Positions 43,623 to 52,903 of a DNA stretch of 64,000 bases are shown piece after piece (the first letter of the stretch is position 1; every line of letters starts with the position of its first letter). Under the pieces are notes generated by a model, which was given only the letters and a program-made list of their open reading frames with translations, was not told the DNA's origin and did not search any database. The DNA is from Leptolyngbyaceae cyanobacterium (GTDB lineage: Bacteria; Cyanobacteriota; Cyanobacteriia; Phormidesmidales; Phormidesmidaceae), in NCBI GenBank assembly GCA_965263355.1, contig CBDHHL010000025.1, positions 101,803 to 165,802 on the forward strand, read 5' to 3'. The translations under genes were made by a program, and so were the position numbers.

Positions 43623-44183
43623 ATGAACTATCTAATTCGATTAGCACAACCGCCGGATCTTGAGCATATGTCAACTATTGAGCGAGGTGCTTCCCGGCGC
43701 TATTTACCCTATCTGCCCCAATTAGGACTCACCCCAGACAAACTAGAAGATATTGTTTCCGTCAAGTTTCTTAAGCAGGCACTGCAACGGCAGCATCTAT
43801 GGGTAGCTGTTGTGCAGGATGTCCAGAACTCCATAGCAGGCTTAGCGGGCTTTGTTGTTGTTGATCGATTACCCCATGGCTATTTTGTAGTGGAGTTAGA
43901 TGTTCTGCCAGACTATGGTCGTCAGGGTATAGGGTCTGCGCTGATCAAGCAGGTCGTTCACACTGCCTATGATCACGGCTTAGAAATGGTTACCCTAACT
44001 ACATTTCGCCATGTCCCCTGGACTATCCCCTTCTACCAGCGTTTAGGATTTAAAATTGTTGTTCCAGAAGATTACACTCCAGACATCCGGGCCATTGTTA
44101 ACCATGAAGCCCGCCATGGATTTAGTCCCTCAGTTCGAGTAGTAATGCAGTGTCAGCTTCCATCTCCCCAGGCGATCCAGTAG
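43623..44183 (+). CDS. GNAT N-acetyltransferase
   Basis: VLPDYGRQGIGSAL, LTTFRHVPW..PFYQRLGF. Confidence 0.9.
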   Translation: MNYLIRLAQPPDLEHMSTIERGASRRYLPYLPQLGLTPDKLEDIVSVKFLKQALQRQHLWVAVVQDVQNSIAGLAGFVVVDRLPHGYFVVELDVLPDYGRQGIGSALIKQVVHTAYDHGLEMVTLTTFRHVPWTIPFYQRLGFKIVVPEDYTPDIRAIVNHEARHGFSPSVRVVMQCQLPSPQAIQ

Positions 44184-45169
44184 CGCAACCACTACTGACT
44201 GAGCTAAAACAACATGCTAAAAAAATAGGCTTTCACCGCTTTGGCATTGTAGCTGTATCCCCTGAACTAAGGGCTCCAGAGCAGACCATGCAAGCACGGC
44301 TGCAAGCCTGGTTAGATCAGGGCTATCAGGCAGATATGTCCTGGATGGCTAATCCTAAACGCCAGGATATTCGCCGGGTAATGCCGGAGGTGCGCTCAAT
44401 TATATGTGTTGCCCTAAATTACTACACTCCCCATCAGCGCCCTGAAGGGGCTGAGTACGGCAAAATTGCCCGTTATGGCTGGGGTCGTGATTACCATCGG
44501 GTGATGCACAAAAAATTAAAACAGCTGTCACTGTGGCTACAGACTCAAACAGGTCCTGACATTAACCCGATATTGACTCGTTACTATGCTGATACGGGAC
44601 CGGTGCAAGATAAGTTCTGGGCTCAAGCAGCCGGGATTGGTTGGGTAGCTAAAAATGGGAATGTCATCACCCGTGACTATGGCTCCTGGGTATTTCTGGG
44701 CGAAATTTTAACCAATTTGGTACTGCCCCCGTCGCGTCCCCATACGGACCACTGTGGCACCTGCACCCGTTGCATTGATGCCTGTCCAACGAAGGCTATT
44801 CGTGCCCCTGGTGTCGTCGATGCAAATCGCTGTATTGCTTATCACACTATTGAAAATCGAAGTGAGCAGTTGCCGTCTTCTGTGGCGAATCATCTCCATA
44901 ACTGGGTGGCGGGCTGTGATATTTGTCAGGACGTGTGTCCCTGGAATCAACGCTTTGCCCAACCAACGGATGTGGCTGAATTTACCCCTTATCCAGGCAA
45001 TGTGGCACCGAAGCTAGCAGACTTGGCCAATCTAAGTGAGCAAGACTGGGAGCAGCAATTTCCTGCATCGGCGATGAGACGGATTAAACCGGCTATGTGG
45101 CGACGGAATGCCGCAGCAGCGTTAGCTAACCAAGAGGTCGGGGGGCCAGAAAGCAGCAATGAAGGCTAG
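44150..45169 (+). CDS. queG: tRNA epoxyqueuosine(34) reductase
   Basis: ARYGWGRDYH, DTGPV, CGTCTRCIDACPT, GCDICQDVCPWN. Confidence 0.95.
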   Translation: MSASISPGDPVAQPLLTELKQHAKKIGFHRFGIVAVSPELRAPEQTMQARLQAWLDQGYQADMSWMANPKRQDIRRVMPEVRSIICVALNYYTPHQRPEGAEYGKIARYGWGRDYHRVMHKKLKQLSLWLQTQTGPDINPILTRYYADTGPVQDKFWAQAAGIGWVAKNGNVITRDYGSWVFLGEILTNLVLPPSRPHTDHCGTCTRCIDACPTKAIRAPGVVDANRCIAYHTIENRSEQLPSSVANHLHNWVAGCDICQDVCPWNQRFAQPTDVAEFTPYPGNVAPKLADLANLSEQDWEQQFPASAMRRIKPAMWRRNAAAALANQEVGGPESSNEG

Positions 45170-45183
45170 TGGCTCCGGTGAGT

Positions 45184-45963
45184 CTATATAACTAGTTTTG
45201 CGGTTGTTTCAGTCAAAACATAAGAGTATTCTGAGTTTTCTAAAGTAGCACAGACCTCATCGTAGTTGGAGATTAGGTCTGAGATTCGCTGGTGCACCAG
45301 CTTTATGGAATACGGAACTTGCCGCCGTTGCTTTAGGCCTAAGAAGCGGCAAAGGCGTTGGGCTGTGGCATTGTGAACATTGGGATCTATTAAGTCCGTT
45401 TCATAGATGATGTTAAGGTGAGGCACCTGGGAAACAATGGCAGCTTCAGTAAGCCGCTGCTCATCCAGGTATATGAAGGTGTCGATAAGTGCCTGGGGAT
45501 TAATGTGATGGGTGTGGGGATGTTGGGCTTTTAGCAGTGCGATCGCATGGCGCATTAAATCACGTCGCTGCAGGTGAATCACCTTATACCCTTGCTCGTA
45601 GAGGATGGTCATAAACCGAGACGGTTCATTCATCCCATGGGTGTGGATCAGATCCGTCGCCGATAGGCTAAAGCCAAATAGATAGTCGGAGCAAGCCGAT
45701 TCATAGCGTTGGATGTGACGCAGTGGGAAAAAATGCCGCTGCTCTAGCAACGGTTTTATTGTCCAAGTTGGCGGTAGAGGCCCCTGGCTAGCATCAATCA
45801 CTACCTGCTGTAGCAAATCGATGGCAATATGACCGCCGCTAAACGCTGTGCCAAATAAAACAAAGCGGTGAGACGGCTGTGACATACTTGTTAAACTGCG
45901 ATTGCCACGATTTATCAGCCCCTGCAGTTGATGGGCAAACCAAGAAGAATGTTTAAGTGGCAT
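45184..45963 (-). CDS. Degenerate sulfotransferase-like (Stf0-like) protein
   Basis: KVIHLQRRD..AI, IYETDL, LCRFLG and ISNYDEV motifs; PAPS loop divergent. Confidence 0.55.
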   Translation of the reverse strand: MPLKHSSWFAHQLQGLINRGNRSLTSMSQPSHRFVLFGTAFSGGHIAIDLLQQVVIDASQGPLPPTWTIKPLLEQRHFFPLRHIQRYESACSDYLFGFSLSATDLIHTHGMNEPSRFMTILYEQGYKVIHLQRRDLMRHAIALLKAQHPHTHHINPQALIDTFIYLDEQRLTEAAIVSQVPHLNIIYETDLIDPNVHNATAQRLCRFLGLKQRRQVPYSIKLVHQRISDLISNYDEVCATLENSEYSYVLTETTAKLVI

Positions 45964-46135
45964 AGGCAGATCGGTAACCCTGAGAGTCCTCAGTATTCCC
46001 TTCAGGGCCTATTCTAATCAATTGTCAGCAAAACAGACATCTCTGGAACAACACTGTTTCTTCGTAGATTAAGCCATTGCGCATCCATATATCTTCTGAT
46101 AAATAAAAAATCAGGTCTGAAGAGAGAGTAGGATT

Positions 46136-47236
46136 ATGGATACTGTTTCTCCGTCTGCCATGAGTTTGCTGCATACTCCACTTTACGATTTGTGTGTTCA
46201 AAATAAAGCCCGCATGACTGAATTTGCTGGGTGGGAAATGCCGGTGCAGTTTAGTGGAATTAAACAAGAACATGCTGCCGTGCGTACAGCGGTAGGTATC
46301 TTTGATATTTCCCACATGGGGAAATTTATTTTGACTGGAAATGATGTTTTGCGATCGCTACAGCAACTCGTCCCCTCTAACCTAGGTAAACTCTCCCCTG
46401 GCAAAGCCCAGTACACCGTATTACTCAATCCTCAGGGCGGCATTATTGACGACCTAATCATCTATGACGAAGGCCAGCAGGTCAGCCTAATCGTCAATGC
46501 TGCCACCACAGACAAAGATAAATCTTGGCTACTCGAACATTTATCAGGAGTGGAGCTGCAGGATCTCTCCCAAACCCATGCCCTAATAGCAGTACAGGGT
46601 CCCAAAGCTGTCGAAACCCTGCAAACAATAACAGATATCGACCTCAGCGCTATTCCTCGCTATAACCACACCTATGGCAATGTACTTAACCACAAAACCT
46701 TTCTTGCCCGCACAGGCTATACCGGCGAGGATGGCTTTGAAGTCATGGTAGAGGCCGCCGCCGCTGCTGACATCTGGCAGGGGCTGCAAGACCGTGATGC
46801 TGAACCTTGCGGGCTAGGTGCTAGGGATACCCTTCGCTTGGAAGCTGCCATGGCACTCTATGGACAAGATATTAATGATGAAACTACCCCCCTGGAAGGT
46901 GGACTCAGCTGGTTAGTTCATCTAGATAAGGTGCCAGAATTTATCGGGCGAGACGTACTTGCTAAACAAAAAGCAGATGGTGTTACCCGGCGTCTGGTTG
47001 GGTTACAGCTAGAAAGCCGTAACATTGCCCGCCATGATTACCCCATTGTCCATAACGATGAATCTGTAGGCATTGTCACCAGCGGCACTCTGTCACCTAC
47101 TTTAGGGTATCCAGTAGCACTGGCCTATGTACCGGTCGAGCTGGCTAAAGTTGGCACGGTGGTCAATGTCCAAATTCGTCAAAAGACAGTGCCTGCAACG
47201 GTGGTTAAGAAACCCTTTTACAAGGCTGACCAGTAG
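46136..47236 (+). CDS. gcvT: Glycine cleavage system aminomethyltransferase T
   Basis: FAGWEMPVQF, FDISHMG, RTGYTGEDGFE, GLGARDTLRLEA. Confidence 0.96.
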   Translation: MDTVSPSAMSLLHTPLYDLCVQNKARMTEFAGWEMPVQFSGIKQEHAAVRTAVGIFDISHMGKFILTGNDVLRSLQQLVPSNLGKLSPGKAQYTVLLNPQGGIIDDLIIYDEGQQVSLIVNAATTDKDKSWLLEHLSGVELQDLSQTHALIAVQGPKAVETLQTITDIDLSAIPRYNHTYGNVLNHKTFLARTGYTGEDGFEVMVEAAAAADIWQGLQDRDAEPCGLGARDTLRLEAAMALYGQDINDETTPLEGGLSWLVHLDKVPEFIGRDVLAKQKADGVTRRLVGLQLESRNIARHDYPIVHNDESVGIVTSGTLSPTLGYPVALAYVPVELAKVGTVVNVQIRQKTVPATVVKKPFYKADQ

Positions 47237-47279
47237 GGGCAAAGCATGCTGCACTCTTACTGGTGAATATCCTGTGCTG

Positions 47280-47678
47280 CTACTGCCTAAGTTGTGGCAA
47301 TACGCAATCAGTTATCAGAGGAGCAAGCTCAATGGCATAATCCTCAGCCATAATCGGTATCCACTGCAGTTCAGCAATTTCGCTGGAGGCTATCGGGGTA
47401 CCAATTAGCTCACCTTGAAAAACAGTGGCTATTAGCTGGGTGTCTGCTTCATTGGCAGCAGTGGTCACATAGTTCCCTAAAGGTTTGAAGGTACTGAGAT
47501 TAATCTTACAACTCAGTTCTTCCCTAACTTCTCGTTGAATTGCAGCCTCGGCATCCTCACCCGGCTGAAATTTACCACCGGGAAACATAAACTTGTGGGT
47601 ATTCTTCTTACGGACAGTGAGCAACTGTTGGTTCTCAACAACTGCATAGGCAACAACATGGAGTACAGATTGAGACAT
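47280..47678 (-). CDS. NUDIX hydrolase
   Basis: PGGKFQPGEDAEAAIQREVREEL Nudix box. Start placed at MSQSV. Confidence 0.88.
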   Translation of the reverse strand: MSQSVLHVVAYAVVENQQLLTVRKKNTHKFMFPGGKFQPGEDAEAAIQREVREELSCKINLSTFKPLGNYVTTAANEADTQLIATVFQGELIGTPIASSEIAELQWIPIMAEDYAIELAPLITDCVLPQLRQ

Positions 47679-47695
47679 TTGATTTTCGAGGACTG

Positions 47696-47718
47696 AAAGC
47701 CTTATTATACAAGGCTTT
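47696..47718. other. Candidate recombinase core site (8-7-8 inverted repeat)
   Basis: AAAGCCTT-attatac-AAGGCTTT, 40 bp past the integrase stop. Confidence 0.45.
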
Positions 47719-47757
47719 TCTATGACCCGAATATAGATAACGTACAGATTACGTCCG

Positions 47758-48873
47758 TTATTCTCCAAAGTCGGGCATCGATGGTCTAGTGACTTGATGG
47801 ATATAATGCTTTGCCACTGTAGAGACTGAATCCCCTGCTATCTCTGCAGCCTGGGCTACGGTCCAGTTCTCGGACTCGATACCATGACTGATCAGGGTAT
47901 GACGTGTGGTGTATAGAGGACGATGAGGGACCTTGGCCAGCTGTAGCGCTTTATTCCAATACCGCTTAGCAAAGGATGATGCGTTGATGATTCCGCCCTT
48001 AGGGGCAGTAAATACTAGATCATCCGGCTTATTATTCCCTCGCCGCTTCTGAAGCATTGCCAGGGCTGGAGTCGATAGCGCGAGTGTCCGAACCACTCCA
48101 TTCTTTGTTCCCTTTCTAATTGCTGGACCGTGACCACCACGTCGTACTATCGCCTCTTGAATAATGATGGTTTGTGCCTCTAGATCTACTGATGACCATC
48201 GCAGTCCTACAGCTTCACTTGGCCTGGCCCCAGAACAAAATAAAAACAGAACAAAATCGGCATAGTGATCTAAGAATTCAGTTGTCCTAAAGACTTCTAA
48301 TATCCTCTTAATCTCTTCAGTGGTAAACGGCTCTCGCTTGTTCTTCTGTCGAGCAGTTTTTCTTAGAGGAGAAATGTCTTTAAAGTAATCCTGGGTTATC
48401 TGGCCATGCTTAACAGCCCATCGAGAAAACTCTTTATAGGTATAAAGACAATTGTTGTAATTGTATCCAGTCAGTCGTTTTTTTAATGTACTACAAAAAT
48501 GTTCAGCATCTTGAGCATTTGAGATCGCCCCAAACCGTGCTAAATCATTTCGCCGGGTTCGGTATTGGTTGCCCGCTGTATGCTCTGCTAAGCCATTTTG
48601 GACCTTCCATCGAATGAACTTTTCGAACAGGCTGCTATCTAGTTGCCCGCTATCGGGATTGAACTGATAACGAGCTAATGTGGTATCAAACTGTTCCAGG
48701 GCAATATCAATCTGAATTTTTGCGGCCTTCGCTTCAGCCGCCGCCCGATTGATTGGCGTGTCAGGCAATCCCACGGCCAACGAGTAGCCACGCCCCTGAT
48801 AAGTCCATCGAAGCCTTATCATGCCATTGCGATTATGTACAGCTACTGAGCCTTTTTTATTTCGCCTAGTCAA
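47758..48873 (-). CDS. Tyrosine integrase with N-terminal arm-binding domain
   Basis: IRLRWTYQGR arm domain, GARPSEAVGLRW, TKNG, YTTRH, GDS..VAKHY. Confidence 0.92.
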   Translation of the reverse strand: MTRRNKKGSVAVHNRNGMIRLRWTYQGRGYSLAVGLPDTPINRAAAEAKAAKIQIDIALEQFDTTLARYQFNPDSGQLDSSLFEKFIRWKVQNGLAEHTAGNQYRTRRNDLARFGAISNAQDAEHFCSTLKKRLTGYNYNNCLYTYKEFSRWAVKHGQITQDYFKDISPLRKTARQKNKREPFTTEEIKRILEVFRTTEFLDHYADFVLFLFCSGARPSEAVGLRWSSVDLEAQTIIIQEAIVRRGGHGPAIRKGTKNGVVRTLALSTPALAMLQKRRGNNKPDDLVFTAPKGGIINASSFAKRYWNKALQLAKVPHRPLYTTRHTLISHGIESENWTVAQAAEIAGDSVSTVAKHYIHQVTRPSMPDFGE

Positions 48874-48948
48874 CTGTCCTATAGTACACCTGTGGAAAAC
48901 TACTCTCTATTTATTGCGTTTTGTAACGCTTTCTCAATAAGGATCGGC

Positions 48949-49218
48949 TGATCACTTGCTTGATCACTTGCTGATCACTTGTGTTGATCACTTGTATTTT
49001 TGTGAATTCAACGATTTTTCAGTGGCTAGCCCCCCATTTTTTCGTGACATCTAAACAAGTGATCAACTGATCAGCGATTTTGGCCATTTCTATTAAGAAA
49101 AAAATGCGATTTTTGCTGATCAGTTGATCACTCGATACTCAATCAATTTGCAGACCAGGCTTTCAACAACTGATCAGCAAAAAATGTCCGTAGAGTCATC
49201 TGATCACTTGATCACTTA
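48949..49218. repeat. TGATCA(CTTG) iteron-like cluster, candidate origin
   Basis: 11 TGATCA at 48949, 48961, 48972, 48985, 49060, 49068, 49117, 49125, 49171, 49201 and 49209, in direct and inverted arrangement with A/T tracts. Confidence 0.8.
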
Positions 49219-49226
49219 TATTTCTG

Positions 49227-50549
49227 TTAAGTGTCACAATCAGTTAGATCTGACTGTACGAAATCTCTCAACTCCCCTACGTAGTAAGAGAAATGACGGT
49301 TTTTATTGAATCTTTCTCGATTGATTCGCCCCGTCGCCCATAGCTCCCGTAGCAATCGCCTCGTTGTATTGGGAGTTATGGCTAGGAACTCTGATATTTC
49401 ATGGGATGACCATGGAATACCTACCCGGTCATCTTCGTTTAGCCACAGGCGAATCCGTTCTTCCTGGCTAGTGGTATCCTCAACTTCACCATCAGCATCC
49501 TGATCGCCTAATAGCTGATAACTAAAATCGCTATCGTCAAAGGCAAAGGCATACTTACCTGGAGGCTTGCCAAGTCGTGTTTTTTCTACGGCTAGCACTC
49601 GACGGTAAGGTCCATCCATTCGCAGCGCCCACACTTCCGAGACACTGTTCTTAATTGCGGTCGTACCTCTAACACCCCCTTGGGCATTACTGTGATGGAT
49701 AACTATCACACAGGTATCAAACCGTTCTGCGATGTCCCGTAGATGAAGCAACGGCCTAGCGTATTCAGTATCTTTCTCACTGCAAAGACTTTCTTTGTTA
49801 ATGGTGCTCAAACTATCGATAACGACCAGTTTAGGCCGTTGTTGTTCGATATAGGTTGCAAGTTGTGGTAGAGCAGCAGCTGACCATTCACTAAGGATCT
49901 CTAATGGAGCCTCATCGGCAATGTTTCTAATGTCCATACGTTCAGAGGTGACTAAACCTGGTTCATCAGTCTGAACAAGCAGCGCTGGTCCTTTTTCAAT
50001 TGGGTAACCGTTCCATGTGCCAGTTGAGACGATAGCTTCAAAAATTTGATAGGTAAATAGGGTTTTGCCTGCTCCACCATCACCATGAATAAGCAACGTC
50101 GTTGAGGCAGGAATCCAACCAGGTATCAGCCATTTCATACGCCCTTTGTTCTTTTTTCTGAACTCTTTGATAGATAAGGGCTGAACGGGTTTCTGATTGA
50201 CCAATGCCTTAACATAGGCTTCCTGTAGCTGCGAGTATGAACGGTGATAGCGTTTGGCGATTGCCTGGAGTTTCCACAGCCTTAGACCCTCATCAACGAT
50301 ATTTTCCTCAACCCATTTCACTTGCTGAATTGCTGCGTTAAACTCATCATCATCAAGGTTTTCCCCGGTGGAGACTTGTAAGATGTCGTTGGCGATCGCC
50401 CTCACTATGTCCACAGGCAACATGTGAGCAGACGCTATCTGGGCCAGGGCCGCGTCCTTGAACTTAGCCCCAACGAGCACACCTAACGTGTCATCGTAGA
50501 GTTGTCGATCTCGGTCGGCCCGGATCGAATCAATTATGTCCTTATGCAT
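49227..50549 (-). CDS. AAA_25/RepA-like helicase with C-terminal HTH (putative Rep)
   Basis: WLIPGWIP, GDGGAGKT, LVVIDSL, IHHSN..RGTTA, C-terminal HTH-like SHEISEFL..TRRLLREL. Confidence 0.85.
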   Translation of the reverse strand: MHKDIIDSIRADRDRQLYDDTLGVLVGAKFKDAALAQIASAHMLPVDIVRAIANDILQVSTGENLDDDEFNAAIQQVKWVEENIVDEGLRLWKLQAIAKRYHRSYSQLQEAYVKALVNQKPVQPLSIKEFRKKNKGRMKWLIPGWIPASTTLLIHGDGGAGKTLFTYQIFEAIVSTGTWNGYPIEKGPALLVQTDEPGLVTSERMDIRNIADEAPLEILSEWSAAALPQLATYIEQQRPKLVVIDSLSTINKESLCSEKDTEYARPLLHLRDIAERFDTCVIVIHHSNAQGGVRGTTAIKNSVSEVWALRMDGPYRRVLAVEKTRLGKPPGKYAFAFDDSDFSYQLLGDQDADGEVEDTTSQEERIRLWLNEDDRVGIPWSSHEISEFLAITPNTTRRLLRELWATGRINRERFNKNRHFSYYVGELRDFVQSDLTDCDT

Positions 50550-50686
50550 GTTTCCTCAGTTTCGTAGATGTACTAAATTCGCTCAAACCATTGAAAATAG
50601 GGCGATCTAGCCTACACAAACACTGAGAAATATGTAATAATACTGACAGGGTGATTTATCCATCGCTCAAAGTAATTAAATCGACT

Positions 50687-50721
50687 AGCGGCCCGCCCCT
50701 TACGGTAGAGGTCGCTTTTTT
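50687..50721 (+). terminator. Intrinsic terminator antisense to the rep leader
   Basis: AGCGGCC..GGTCGCT stem followed by a T run on the + strand, with no + strand CDS upstream. Confidence 0.55.
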
Positions 50722-50804
50722 ATGCACCGTTCAGCATGTGAACGGTGGCAAAATGGGCCACACGGGGGAAGTTTGACTGCCTACCCCGTGTGATCGCTCA
50801 AGGG

Positions 50805-50838
50805 CGCATGCGATTTTCGTTTGCGAAAATCGCATGCG
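50805..50838. promoter_or_regulatory. Perfect 15-4-15 inverted repeat, candidate XRE operator
   Basis: CGCATGCGATTTTCG-tttg-CGAAAATCGCATGCG overlapping TTGCGA, with TATACT at 50843. Confidence 0.65.
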
Positions 50839-50848
50839 GTTATATACT

Positions 50849-51112
50849 ATGACACATGGAGATGAAAAGGAAGTTCCTACTTTGAAAGAGCTTAGAGAAT
50901 CTGTTCCTGGGCTCAATCAAGCGGTTGTTGCTGTTGCTCTGGGAGTAAGGGCAGCTACCTTGAGTGATTGGGAGAATATGAAGCGCGTACCTAAGCTTGA
51001 TATTGAGCAGTGGTATGAACTTGCATCTCTCTACAATGTCACTCTTGATGAGTTAAGGGAGGCTATTGTTCAGCAAAAACAGGCTATGACTAACAAAAAA
51101 AGCGGAGACTAG
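50849..51112 (+). CDS. XRE-family HTH regulator
   Basis: LKELRE..LNQAVVAVALGVRAATLSDWE..P.L..LASLYNVTLDEL. Confidence 0.88.
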   Translation: MTHGDEKEVPTLKELRESVPGLNQAVVAVALGVRAATLSDWENMKRVPKLDIEQWYELASLYNVTLDELREAIVQQKQAMTNKKSGD

Positions 51113-51257
51113 CTCCGCTCATAAATCGTTTTATTAATACATTTCGCCCGTGGGAGGTGATCGACATGTCCGACAGCGTAGCTGAGCCAGCATCCTACCT
51201 CCGTCTCAGCTACACCTAAAACCCAGTTCCAAGGAAACCTTAAAACCAGATATATCA

Positions 51258-51572
51258 ATGATAGACGATCAGCTAGTATCAGATCGACAAGGCTTTGTAG
51301 TGGCTGTAACTCCACTGCAAGCGGACCCATGGGATGAGAGTCTCAAACACTCTTTAGCCGTACTAAAAGACCCGAACGGATGGACATTTTACCGAACGTC
51401 GCCACACCCATTGACGGGGTTAAAGTCTGCCGAAATTGCCTTCCAGGGCCGAACGGGCCTAGCCGTTGTTTCAATCTATGCAACATTTGAATCGTTGTTT
51501 CCTGAGCACACCCACGTCACTAACGTTCACAATCCCCTAGGCGCATTAAAGAGAGTTTTAGAAATCGATTGA
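51258..51572 (+). CDS. Hypothetical protein (element)
   Basis: 104-aa ORF co-oriented with xre and the downstream ORFs. Confidence 0.6.
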   Translation: MIDDQLVSDRQGFVVAVTPLQADPWDESLKHSLAVLKDPNGWTFYRTSPHPLTGLKSAEIAFQGRTGLAVVSIYATFESLFPEHTHVTNVHNPLGALKRVLEID

Positions 51573-51576
51573 GTCG

Positions 51577-51757
51577 CGCACATTAGCGCGCACTCATGGC
51601 GCAATAAAAGCGCACCGCAAGTGCATCCAGCCGCACAACAAAAACCATTGCAAGCTAAAGGAATAGAACAATGTCAGCGCAACAAACGCACATACCAACG
51701 CACAACACACCGCACACTCAAAGCGCAGTGGAGCGCACCGGAGCGCACTATAGCGCA
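51577..51757 (+). repeat. Phased CGCA direct-repeat array
   Basis: CGCA at 51577, 51589, 51600, 51611, 51616, 51632, 51678, 51687, 51699, 51711, 51724, 51734, 51744 and 51754, all on the + strand. Confidence 0.75.
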
Positions 51758-52255
51758 AAACAACTAGCTGAAGAACTAAAAACCGTCAGCTCTACCCTAA
51801 GAACCCGATGGTTTCCATGGCTCAAGAAAGTAGCCCCCGAGCAGTTGCTCAAAACTAACCAAGGCTACACCGAACTAGCCAGAACTCTCTTTTCTGAATT
51901 CAAAACCGTTGACCAAAAAGAGAGAGAGGCTTGGGTGGTTGATGCCAAACACCGCTACGCTCAAGAATGGGAATCAGCGGGTGTCATAGAAGGTGAGTTA
52001 ATGCCTGATGAAGTGGGTGGGGCTTTGGCCACAATCTCAAGTCAGAACACATCAGGCGAGATAGCTCTACAACGAGACTTAGAAGATTTAGATGAGTTTA
52101 TTGATAGCCTCAAGCAAGCCGAGTCTAATTTTTCCGATGCTGAGGTGGCTCGATTTCGGCTTAACGGTGCTCAACGTGGGGTGGCTCGATTCAAAATCGA
52201 ATCTCAGGCCGAGGCTGAGGTGTATAACCGCTTACAACAAAAACGGTTAGAATAA
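51671..52255 (+). CDS. HTH + coiled-coil protein (element)
   Basis: YSAKQLAEELKTVSSTLRTRW HTH-like segment and a helical charged C-terminal half. Confidence 0.7.
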   Translation: MSAQQTHIPTHNTPHTQSAVERTGAHYSAKQLAEELKTVSSTLRTRWFPWLKKVAPEQLLKTNQGYTELARTLFSEFKTVDQKEREAWVVDAKHRYAQEWESAGVIEGELMPDEVGGALATISSQNTSGEIALQRDLEDLDEFIDSLKQAESNFSDAEVARFRLNGAQRGVARFKIESQAEAEVYNRLQQKRLE

Positions 52256-52479
52256 TGATTCCTAAAAATCTCAAATACTACGTAGAGAATGCCAAGCTAA
52301 ACAAGCTTGAAACATTTTCCCTGGAGATCTACAAAACTCTTCTCTCTATCCATCGACCCAGTACACCGGAACAGTGTGCAGACTTGCAGGTTTTGTCGAT
52401 AGAGCAATCAATCAATCTGCTCTACCGGCTGAGTGAAGCACAGAATCCCACCAATACAGATCTTACAAATCTCAACTAA
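52255..52479 (+). CDS. Hypothetical protein (element)
   Basis: TAATG translational coupling to the preceding ORF. Confidence 0.6.
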   Translation: MIPKNLKYYVENAKLNKLETFSLEIYKTLLSIHRPSTPEQCADLQVLSIEQSINLLYRLSEAQNPTNTDLTNLN

Positions 52480-52485
52480 ACTTCG

Positions 52486-52899
52486 ATGCGAACAACAAAC
52501 GCGATCTATAGGCTTCAATTCATGGCTGTTATGCCATTGGGGATAATGCTGGGCTTTGGGCTGGTCAGCTGTGGGGACCAGATCAGTGATGTTGTGAATG
52601 GGATCACGAATGAAGCGACCGCCGCTGTTACTAGCACGACTGAGGGCTATCAAGCGCCATCTACGGCTGATCCATATGTCTATGTCAGCTCTGGTCAGCA
52701 GCTCAGTGAGCATCAGCTCGTTAGCATTTTCTATCTGGCATGGCCTCAAAGTGGTGAGGCTGTTTATTCACTGTTAGGCCCTCCAGATAACCGTTCTGGA
52801 GCCTATGACTACTACGTTATGCCGAATGGTAATGCCATGGCGATTGAGTACAACGCTAACGGATTTGCAATTGACTACCACTTAGGAGACTCAAACTAG
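52486..52899 (+). CDS. Putative lipoprotein with SmpA/OmlA-like motif
   Basis: Lipobox LVSC, then EAVYSLLGPPD..YDYY. Confidence 0.6.
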   Translation: MRTTNAIYRLQFMAVMPLGIMLGFGLVSCGDQISDVVNGITNEATAAVTSTTEGYQAPSTADPYVYVSSGQQLSEHQLVSIFYLAWPQSGEAVYSLLGPPDNRSGAYDYYVMPNGNAMAIEYNANGFAIDYHLGDSN

Positions 52900-52903
52900 T
52901 ACA

